DNA of 64,000 bases. Source: Ylistrum balloti. Lineage: Eukaryota. The stretch is from the NCBI RefSeq assembly GCF_031769215.1, contig NW_026781914.1, forward strand, positions 248,001 through 312,000, in the 5' to 3' direction. The notes beneath the pieces were generated by a model. That model searched no databases. It saw only the letters and a program-made list of their open reading frames with translations, and was not told the origin of the DNA. The position numbers and the translations under genes were made by a program. Of this stretch, positions 39,401 through 51,400 are shown piece by piece. Positions within the stretch are counted from its first letter, which is position 1, and every line of letters starts with the position of its first letter.

Positions 39401-42400
39401 TTTTGTTTCATTGATATAATTAGGATTATTTGAAATTCATATTGCCGTTGCTGTGACGACATTGATACAGTCAATCAGAATTCGTCTAAGTGTTATCAAA
39501 TTTGAACTGCGAACAGGACTAGAACCATTATCTTGAAGGACAGCACCTTGCAATAATTGTTCATCCTCAACATGAATCTCGAGCCTCTAGTTTTGCAGGT
39601 CATCATAGATATACATACATTATAGATATATAGATTTCTATTTATCATATTAGAACCAAACTGGTGTTTTTGTCAATCGATAACAAGATCTCAGACAACT
39701 TTTAAAGAAAAAGATAAACTATTGACAATTTTACGGGACATCTTGATCGATCTGGTACTGCAGTTTCTGTTATTGCGGTAATGATATATGAAAACAGAAT
39801 ACCTAAAGTCAGTGCACTGTTACGATTGCGTGAAGTTTCTCTGAACTCCACCTTCAAGTCTGGCAGTAGCTGTTTGTATAATTTTATACTAATCTTCATC
39901 AAAGAAGTATGTCTCTGTAAGACAGTGCTGGAATGACAATACAACATGAAGATTTGCATCGTCAGGAAATTGTGATGATATGTCGTAAGTTTTATCACGA
40001 TCCGAGGAAGAGTAGTGGGAACCTGTCTGGACAATTATTGGTCAATAAAAAAGGCATTCTTACGAAATGTAGGAATGAAAAATATTGACAAACAGATGAG
40101 AAATATCCGGGGTGATTTCTCTCTATCGTTGTTGGGGTATAATTACTTTAATAACTGGTGTGATACTAATCACGGCCAAGTTTTCAGGAGGAAGGGGTTT
40201 TTCTTTATTGTTACAATATGTTATTACAGATTAATACAACACCCACTCCTTAGCCGCGTCATCAGACAGGTCTTTGACAAGGTAACTCTCTGCTATCTCC
40301 CTGCCTTTAGTCCTTACACCGGACACGTCCGTCCCATTCTTCGTTCTATAATCGTCCCGTTTTCCATTACAGTTTCCGCACAGGCCGTTTAGATCATTTC
40401 CGTATCTCTTCGGAACTGTCACGAAAACTTCCGATCTACCATTCCAGGAAAGTGACAGGCCACATCCGGTTACCAGTCTGGCGTACTGCCCGGTATTGTA
40501 AATGTCGATTTCCCCATGCGTGTCTGACGTCACACTAACAGGAAAGAACTGTGCGACGCCATTTATCTGAAAGAGGAAATAAAGATACATCACATTTTCA
40601 CTGTCGTCTGCAACCTTTCTGTAAAACTTGATCTATCTTCATACACGTACACGCAATGTCGAGTTTATAAGTACACCGAATGACCAAATATGACACCATA
40701 CGACTGAACAGTGGGAAGACATATTAAATGCCATCGAGTTCCCTATAACTGCCTGTAGACATTAACAATTGGTCGCTGCAAGAAACGTCTGTGATCGTAA
40801 GATTAGCGCTAATGCATTTTATCATCGAGTTCAAAGGCGATCACAAAATAGCGTTTCAGTTTTGTCCCTTTTAAATTCGTTACGTGTATAATTTTGTCCT
40901 CAAATGTATCTATTATTTCAATACTGCTATGTATTTTTGAGTGTTATTTTTACACGTCACTTGATATAAAAAGAAAATCCACAAGGCGTCTGAACATGCC
41001 CTTTGGCAGTTTCTGTGATTGCGGTAATGATATATGAAAACAGAATACCTAATGTCAGTGCGCGGTTACGATTGTGTGAAGTTTCTCTGAACTCCACCTT
41101 CAAGTCTGGCAGTAGCTGTTTGGATAATTTCATACTAATCTTCTTCAAAGAGGTATTGCTCTGTAACACAGTGCTGGAATGACAATGCAACATGAAGGTT
41201 TGCATCGTCAGGAATTGTGATGATGTGTCGTAAGTTTTATCACGATCCGAGGAAGAGTCGAGGGAAACTGTCTGGACAATTATTGGTCAATAAAATAGAA
41301 TTCTTACGAAATGTAGGAATGAAAACTATTGACAAACAGATGCATTTTATCATCGAGTTCAAAGCATTTATCACAACATAATGTTTCAGTTTTGTCCGTT
41401 TTAAATTCGTTACGTGTATCTATGTGTCCTGAATTGTATCTATTATTTAAATACTGTTATGTATTTTTGAGTTTTATTTTTTCACGTCTCTTAAAAAGAA
41501 AATCCACAAGGCGTCTGAACATGCCCTGAACATGCCCTTTGGCATATTCATCCGCAACCCGAATATATGTTGCCATTATCGGTATAAAAACTTGTAAAAT
41601 GAGTACTATCTATACTATACTCTCTTTCATTTTAGAACGCGGTATAAAGCCTCAGTCAATAGATCATATTATCTGCATTATGCCGGTTAAAAGTTTATTT
41701 GATACACCTTAGTTGGAATCCCCCCCGTCCCATTTAGAGGGTTGTGAAGAAGCGATAGGACAGCATTGACATACTCGTTCGAAATCATTTAGATATGGAT
41801 TATCGATCATTAACTTGAGGATCCATTTAAACAAAAGTCTAACTGCTCAACCAATTCTTTGTCTAAACTATCAACCACCATTCTAGGTACTATAAAGTTA
41901 CAGTCTTATTGTGATACTGTTTACTCCAGAAGTGGATTTCGATGAACTCAAAAGGGCTTTTTGGCTACTCTTCTAAAAAAACTTCTATAAGAACATTTGA
42001 TTTTTCCATGCTGTACACCACCATACCTCATTCTAAACTGAAGAAACGCCTTCGTTTTCTTGTTATGAGAGCTTTTTTCTCCTAGAAAGGTGAACGACGG
42101 TATAAACATTTGGTTGTGAACTTATACTGAAGCGTATAACATAAAGTATATGTCCAAATCAAAAGAGAAATATACGGAGTACAAAATCATAAAAATGATC
42201 AAGTTTCTGGTTGTAAACATCTTCGTCGACTTTGGTGGTAAGATCTTCCAACAGACTATTGGCATACCTATGGGAACCAACTGCGCGCCTCCTTTAGCTG
42301 ACTTGTTTTTTGTTTTCATGCGAAGCTAAATTTATTGAAGAGCTTATCAAAACAGGTCACAAAAACCTTACCAAGTTGTTTAATTTCACCTTCAGATATA

Positions 42401-45400
42401 CTGATGACGTCTTGTCTTAAAATAAGAAAAATTAATTGACCACGTTCATCATATATATCCACCAGATTTCAACTTTCATAGTGTAAATTTTCCATTTCTG
42501 GATAGCAATATTAATGCATCTCCAACCTATGATATTTACATGTCACAGTTGATTGATATCAAAGGGCCTGTTCCCATTATCACGATTTTCGTGCAAGTCA
42601 TCATCTGACTGATAGGGCGGGTTGCGCAGTGGTAACGCAGTTGCCTTTCACCTAGACGTTCGAAATTCGATTCCTTGAACGGACGTAAAAGGGTATGCGG
42701 TCACCAACACGATCATGGTGACCCAATCATGTTGGGTTTTCCACGGCTACTCCAGTTTCCTCCAATAATGAAAACTCTCTCTTTCCCAAACGACCAGGTA
42801 CACCAGGGACTGGCAACCAAGTGTTTTACATGTTTACAAATGACTGTCGAGAGAATCGAATTTTATTCTCGGCCGAGAGTGATGGATTTGATGGTGTCTT
42901 CTTGTGTTAAGGTAATGGCGTTCATTCTTAAGATTGAATTCTGTTTTGCATTAATGGGAAGTGATTCTATAGGGTAGAAGAAGAAGGAAGGAAGGAATCT
43001 TTGTTAAGATTGGTGTATCAGACAAAGTAGTAAGCTTGTCTAGTATTGTGGAATGTCACTCACCAACAGGAAGCTTGCTAGATAAGTGAGAAGGACAATG
43101 ACCTTGAATAACCGTGTTAATTATACTTTCTGTAGGATTTCTCGTGGTATTGTAAGGATCAGAAGTTGTGTAGACTTCACACATTCGATAGGGGTAATTG
43201 CATCAGTGAAAAATAAATGTCATACATTCTGTCATCATTAAAGCAAGTTTAGCAATTAAATATTATTAATTGTGTAACTTAAAACATACACTATGAGTGT
43301 TAAGTATGACTGGGACAACTGTCACAATTAGGTGAGCTCCGTCGCGCTCTTCTGTATAAAAATTAAAAATGAATTATGAAAGAAAAGCCCGAGAAAAAAG
43401 TCCGTCGCAAACCATATCCAAGTACTCACAAGTACTTCTTTGTCCTTTATGAGGTCAATAACGAACCCGTTAACCATCACGTGCACAGATCGCGTGTAGG
43501 CCACGTTCTTCCTGGTACCCCTCTGCTCGTTTTTGAGCTCGATATTAAAGGCACATTTGTCGCTCTCGTTTCCGTATTTTGTTAGGGTGTATCGACAAGG
43601 ACCGTTTACAGTTATCTTTTGTTTGTCGTATAACCGCAAGTGGGGGTCCCCGTAGGCAGCGCACGTGCACACATCTGAAATAAAAAAGTAAACTAAAAAT
43701 TAAGACAAGTTAATCAGCGATAATTTATAATTAGTTCAGCGTTGACACAAAAACAAGCCTCAGGTGTATTATAATTTTATTCAATATTATCAACGAGTGA
43801 GACCAATACATATATCGAATCTGAGAATTCGTGTTGCTTAATTTCGCTCGTATCTACGCAAGCAACATTATGTATTTCTGTCGTCGATAAAAACAGATAA
43901 AAATGCTAATCACAAACAATAGGAGTGTTTCAAAATGTATCAGATGCTAATCTGGTATTCAACTTTTTCGGGAAACGTTTGAAAAAAATAATGCTTAATG
44001 AGAATTTTCCCTATTGTAAACGTTGTAAAATATCAACAAGAAAATACAGATATGTTTACAAAAGTCAGAAACGCAGAATCGACGAAAAGATGGTAAATTA
44101 TTAACAAAAATATATATTAACGTAGACACTATAGGAAAAGAAGAATGACCCTGTGTTCCTGAAGGGTAAGCGTGATGCATAATACTAGATCTATGGCGGC
44201 TGGTACCCTGATACCAGCGCCCTAACACTCCTTTGTATGGTGAGCAGTAAATGAGACACATGCACACGGGACATAACGTGTGTGAGGATTAATTATGTAA
44301 GTGACATTGTTCTAAGACAGAAGCGGGTTTTAATGGAAATGAGGCTTGTTTCAATGCAAAATGTTTACTAAGTATCGTTAGGCAAAGGGACAACTATACA
44401 CCTTACCTTCACACTTGACGTACGGGTTACCATAGAAACCCTTGCTGCAGTGACACTTTCCCTCAACACATACAGCATTTACCCCACACCCTTTGTCACA
44501 GTTGAGTCCTACAGGAAGTATAAAAAGGAACGTCATCGAAGATTATCTACATAAGCAATGGTAATATTTCTACATATCTAAGAAATCGGGGAAATTCACT
44601 TATCGAAAAAGTTGTAATTCCTAACATTGAATACTTCTGATGTGAAACTGCGAGAACAATCACTTCCGGTAGACAGATGTGTTATTTCTGTTTTCCTTTA
44701 TACATTATCAAACGTTTTTCATGTTCAATAATCTAATAAATTTGAATATATCAAATGTAACGCGATGAAGTGTATTTACCGAATAAATACAAGAAGGACG
44801 TGTGCTATCATAAGGGGTAGCGTGGGATGGGACGTGTGCTATCATAAGGAGTAGCGTGGGATGGGACGTGTGCTATCATAAGGAGTAGCGTGGGATGGGA
44901 CGTGTGCTATCATAAGGAGTGGCGTGGGATGGGACGTGTGCTATCATAAGGAGTAGCGTGGGATGGGACGTGTGCTATCATAAGGGGTAGCGTGGGATAG
45001 GACGTGTGCTATCATAAGGGGTAGCGTGGGATGGGACGTGTGCTATCATAAGGGGTAGCGTGGGATGGGACGTGTGCTATCATAAGGAGTAGCGTGGGAT
45101 GGGACATGTGCTATCATATGGGGTAGCGTGGGATAGGACGTGTGCTATCATAAAGGGTAGCGTAGGATGGTGAGGGAGCACGAAGCAACATTTTTTATAT
45201 TAAGTTTTAACAATTGATTTGACATTTGATCTTGTCACTAGGTTTTTTGGGTTATTTATTTTTCCCGAAGGTCTATCGCCGATTCAGATAGCAATGTATG
45301 TTAACTGTAGAGGACGTTTCAAATTAAGGTCTGGATGAAAGCGTTTCTAAAGAGGTAGAGAATGTATCGAGTGTAATGTTTTCAGCGGAACCTTATGCTT

Positions 45401-48400
45401 GATTAAGTATAATTGACTGTCATTCTGTAACAGCTCTATGTGACGAAATTCTAAGATCCATGGGCCTGGTACTAAGACATTGTTTCACGATGTTTACATG
45501 GAAAGTTTGAGAGTGTACACAAATAACAGCATGCCTTCACCAAGGATGGATGTCCTCAGCTTTATTGAGTACAATAACGCCTACTTTTTATAACGCCCAC
45601 TAACTGACCACGAAATATGGACAATAAAACCACAATACAAATTAATGATCGTAATGACACACCAGTTTAACCTCGATTATGATTATGAGCATACCTTTAT
45701 AGATATCGATGATTGTCCCTTGTGCTCAATGGTTTAATCAGACAAAAAATGTTCGCAGAATTCAGACAAATATATTTTTTTACATTCATGAAGCAGTAAG
45801 ATCGCCAGCATTCACTATCATCGTGTTTTTTTTTTGTAGTAAAGCCCAATGATAAAATCTAAATATTCCGCGGCCTTGTCACCCACTCTTTCCTTCAAAT
45901 CTCTGCTATATGACCCTCTGCTCCTTGTCATCTGCTCCTTGTGCCCTCCTCTCGGGCATTTTAATCACTGTCCGCACTTGTCATCGCCATCAAAGCACTG
46001 TAACAGGGCAACGATCACGCTGTTCACAAGTATTAATGAGTGTGATTTAATCGGATGTCCTGACAAGAGAAGTTCTAAAGCGAAGATGTCACGCGAGAAG
46101 ACGTGAGATTTTTTTTCCAGTTGACAGGTTCTTGGGAAGTAATCCGTTCTTTACGTCACACTTTTTTTTTTAAAAAAGTATATCAATAATTTAGAGCCAT
46201 GATTGTATACTACAGCAGCATTAACAGCCAATCACTGAACGCGAAACATCTGAAATCGCTCGAAAGATCACACATTTGTTCCGGAACATTGAAAGTTCTT
46301 CGCTAGTATAAACTCATTTTGAACGATTTTACATGAGAGACGTCTTGGAAGCGCTGAATTCAATAATCCATTCTAGAGTTTTGTTAACAAAGATGAGGAA
46401 AGAAGTCGCTACAGTTTTTCTTGATGATAAGTCGACAAGAACTGACGGGTTGGATTTCCACGAAACAGTGACATTTTCTGTAAAACGATTTATCAATCTT
46501 CACAAGTGATTTCCGGCACTTGAAGACCGCGGGAAATATCACTTTCTGTGGTCTAATCCTCGTATTTGCCGGAAAACAGGTTGTATAGTATATATGTATA
46601 TTGCAAAATTTACCAATACCTCAGAGCATGTTGCTGATCAGTAATATTTTCTCTATATACTTAATAAATGAACTCTTGAATATTGTCGATGTAAATAACA
46701 TGTTAATTTACTCAGTTAACAGATTTTCAAAGTAATTAGAAAATGTCAACATGCCAACATAATCATAATTCAAACTGAAATTAAAAATATAATCCTGGCA
46801 GAAATTTTGAATAAAAGAAAGATGTACAAGGTGCCTCTTGAAAAAATACAAGAAGAATAAGCCAGGTGTTCCGGAAGTGTAAACATCTTCTGCTTCATCG
46901 ACGACACCCGCTATGCAAATCTTGATTGATCTGAGCAAGTAATGTCACGTTCTCAAACGGAGCCAACAGACAAACTAAAGAGCATCAGGCATGTCAAGTT
47001 TCATTGACTATTTCTCAGTAACATTACTTTGACGACTGTAAAACTTTCCCATAATTTTCATCAACCTACCTGTCCGTCAGTTGACGATTTCTTACACGAA
47101 AATCGTTATAATGGGAGAAAGCTATTGAATATCGAATCAAATGCAACATGTGAAAACAATAAGGATATTGAAATCATCACGCTTTTTATATCGGTCGGTG
47201 GACAGTATTTCATGTTGGTTTTCTTGTGGGAAAAGGTTGAGATAAGCAGCTGATGGAGATGAGTCTGTCGTATCTTTGATTTTCCTAATGGATATATACG
47301 ATGGACGTGGTAAAATAATTTCTTGTTATTTAAAGACAAGAAGACATCAACAACACACCTGAAAAGCGTAATTACACGTCAGCAAACAGAGGGGCGCTGT
47401 TGGTTCTCATAGGTATGCCAAACTCGACAAAGATGTTGCCAATCAGAAACACGATCATTTATTATGATTTCGTTCATCGTGTATTTCTTCTTTGGTTTGT
47501 TCTGTTTTGCATTAGAAGCTGTGATTTTCGGTCATACATCGAAATGTATTCAATCAATTCATAGTTTTGTTCTTCCTATTTTGAAACTTTTTAAAATGAT
47601 TGTACATCCCTTCTGGTAAGACGTGAAATGGATTAGCAGGTAGAGATGGTAATCTCGAATCGTCAGTTACAGAGAAACGGTAACGATCCCCTAAACGGTA
47701 TATCACTACACATATGACCAACAAGGGGTGACAGTTTCGAGAAATTAAGCCTGGTGTGATGACGTAGTAAGGAAACAGGTAGCAGATGGGATACCACATT
47801 TATTTATTTTCATGAAAAAGCTCGCGAAGTACAGAAGGAACTTTAATCCATAATCACATTTAGATGTTCGTTATTTGATTGCGAAGGTCTCGAATGGCTG
47901 TGCTTCTAGTCTAATTATGTGACAGAGCCTTCTATTGATGTACTACTATACATAAGCTGTGTGTAGAGTAGCTCTTCAAAGAGAGCGGATCTTATACATG
48001 TGTTGTTGAAAACAGTAGTAACATATGTGTGAGGGATACTTTATTTAAGCTGTCGATGTCAAAAGTGCTGTTACATTATCCAGGGCTAGAAAAAAATATT
48101 TTCAGCTACTCGTCTGTCGGGCAAGTGAAACTTGAAATTCACTTGCCCGAATCCAATATTCACTCACCCGAAGAAAAAAAGACATCAAAACATAATTCAA
48201 GGAACACAAATTATATTATCAATTTCTATATCAAATGTTTGAACTCAACACTTGCTTTTATTGTTTTACTCATTTTTAATTCACTGTTAACGCAAGCGAG
48301 AACATCGACTTTTTGACATTAACTACGTACACAAAACAACCTTGTTTACAACATGTGTGGTGACGTAATAGGTTTTCGCGTAGTCTGGATCAGCCTGAGT

Positions 48401-51400
48401 CTTGACACGTGGTGTAGGCCTAAACAAGGATACTACATCGATGTATTTGATCGGCTATCGGTGGATTTAAATTAGTTTTAAGAATGTTCAAGTTGATAAA
48501 CGTCATTTATTATGGAATATTCAATAGTCAGAATTACAAATTTCACTCGCCCGCCGGACAATTAGCTGAAACAAATCACTCGCCCGCAAGTATCTTTGAC
48601 TCGTCTAGACGAGCTGACGAGTGGATTTTTCTAACCCTGTTATCCCAGTGTACAATTTTCCATTCGTCACTACTGATTGATAAATGTCGCAGTTCTAGGG
48701 GTTTTGGCTAGCTGGAGGGTTACCAATGAACCAAACGGTCGTCTGATTATTATGTTTCGTTTTCTTGTCTGTCCGACGTTGATTATGTCAAACGATAGTT
48801 GTCGTTCTAAAAAAATTACCTGAATGTTACAAGCTCGGGTGTACTATTTCGCTCCTAACTGTTCACCGGTCACCGAGACTAAGTCTATTGCGATACCCCC
48901 TTGTCCATTGTCGTCCGTTGTAGATTCAAATACTTGTATTCATGGTCGGATGATGTTTGAAAGTAAAATTTCTGTCCCTGTGTAAATAGCGTTCCTTGTT
49001 TTCTCTTCCCTTTGTCACACATTCATTCCAATTGTTTCAGTCTGCGAGTTCACTCAGGTGACCGTTTAGACCCATGGGCCTCTTGTCTAAATTGTTTACG
49101 CCCATCAATGACACTAAACAGTTTTCTACGATTTCAGAATCAGCCACACAAAGTTAATCCCCTACATGCTCAAATAAATTGGTGATTTATGCTAAGTCTC
49201 ATGGAGTGTGTTTTAAATATAACAAGAACAAGGTTGTCATCGATCTAACAATGAAATCAAGACAAAGAATATTTTCTATACGACTGTCCATGTAATGGCG
49301 TGGTGGAAGATAAAAAGAATGTAGACGCCTCCTAAGAAATTCAGGAAGACATGACTCGGTGTCGTTATGATGGAATCAGTAATCTGCCGTGGTGCAACAA
49401 TATAAAAATATCAACGTGAGTCTAGTTAGTGGCTTTCATAGATATGCATTATGCGGCATTGATTTTAACACCATATCGTTAGCTATATGAATGAAAACTC
49501 GTTAGTATCGATTGGGGATATTTGATTCGGTTATTATGGTGTTATATCAACCTGGTAGAAAAGATTAACCGGAAGCAAAGCACGAGGTCAGTATTTTTCT
49601 TCTATGTTGATATAACACCATATTCATCAAAATGAAATGTCCTTGATTTTTACATTAACTTTGTGTATACTCGCGGGTAGTTTGATCATTGCCTTATATA
49701 AATACATTATGAAACAGTCTTATCTTAAAATTGAAAATTCAGACAATACATAGAATAAACAAAAGTGTTTATTTTCTTTGCAAAATTAAAAAACAAAAAC
49801 TTTTTAACAAAAAAGTTGACTCGTTTGGACACCGCGGTGCCCCCTACAGAAAGATTTATAATGAAATTAGCACAACACACAGCTTTTCATTTCCTCGTAA
49901 GGTCTTGTCTGCACGTTTTTGAAAACAGTATATTGTCCATTTAGCACTACGAAAAGTTGATTTGTTCTCAGACGTTACCAGCCATTTCCCACATATTGTT
50001 TGCCCTTCGCGAGAATACTAATGTACAGAAGCCTTTTCGAACGAATGTAATTATTTTCAGTGAAGAAATGTGTAAGTAATGCAATTTTCACAGTCACAAC
50101 TTGGTCTAAAAGTCACAAGACATGATGATAAAGCACAGGGTAGGTAGAATAAGCAAAACACAGGATCGAGGAATCACAGCTGAGGATGGCAGGACAAGGC
50201 ATCAAATCACAGGATGATTGGTCGAAACATTAAAATAGTGATGGAAGGTCGAAACATCACACCACAGGATAGTATTCCGAAGCATTACATTTCAGGTTCG
50301 TAGCCTTCCTCCTAAGACTCTTTACACAGGAAATATCAATCAATGTTTAATTCATTTCTACTGCCCAGAGTGAATCGAGAAATGATTGAGCTGTGAATCT
50401 CTTGTTTATTTCGCCGAGCAGGAGTTTTCTAAATGATCTTGTTCAAAGTGAGTTTTTCTCTTCAACATTTGTCTGTGCTGCTTGATAGAAGATGTTTCTC
50501 ATATTTGTCCCGTCACCCGTTTCCATATGTTCTTCTAACTTTCACGTTTACCTTTTCAAGTAACTTTGAAGTGGTTTGTCAGCAAGATAGCGTGCGCTGC
50601 GCAAAGTTTGTTTGCAGAACATTTTATGCAGTTGTCGAACAATATCATTGACTTTAGTCTCGAGTTCTATATATATTCTCCGTTACAATCAATACATTGC
50701 AACTTAATAGCTCTCTCCAAGACCTTTCATGTCTCGGTTTCTGTAAGAACATGTCCGGTTGTAAAGTTATTTCTGTCAGCATTTGTACTCACTATTTCGC
50801 AGTATGTTGCAAATAAGATATATAATAATTAATAATAATAAATAAAAATAAGAATGAATTTCGTCAATATTTATACAAAGTCTACCCGTGCGGACCTTCT
50901 AATCGTGCTCATCAAAATTACTAAGATTACTAAAAATATTCAAGATAATCTTCGCTATGACTAGTATTATTTACATAACATTTCGTGTATATCAGTTAGA
51001 AACAACCTTTAAAACAGCATCTGACAGAAAATCTGAGTGGAGAACATATGTAATATGCTGTATATGTTTCACCATTTAACTGCTTTCTCTTTCGGAAAAA
51101 ACCCCATAAAAAACTATTAAAGTAAGACGTCCCAGGGCTATAGATCGACAGATTTGTGCGGATAAACAAAAGCTTATTGACTTTGTCTCGGCGTCGGCTA
51201 TCTCTTTGGCGCTTTGAACATGTTTACTATGGACAGTAGCCGAGCCGAGATTAAGGTCTGGCTCACAACAACTCATTACGAAATACAAAAAAACCTTGAT
51301 CAGCCACAGCATGGTGATTTAATTTACTCTATCGATTACGTTGGATCTAATTATCTTTGTGTTCCAATATCATTACAGTGTATGTTTGACAGGCAGAATA

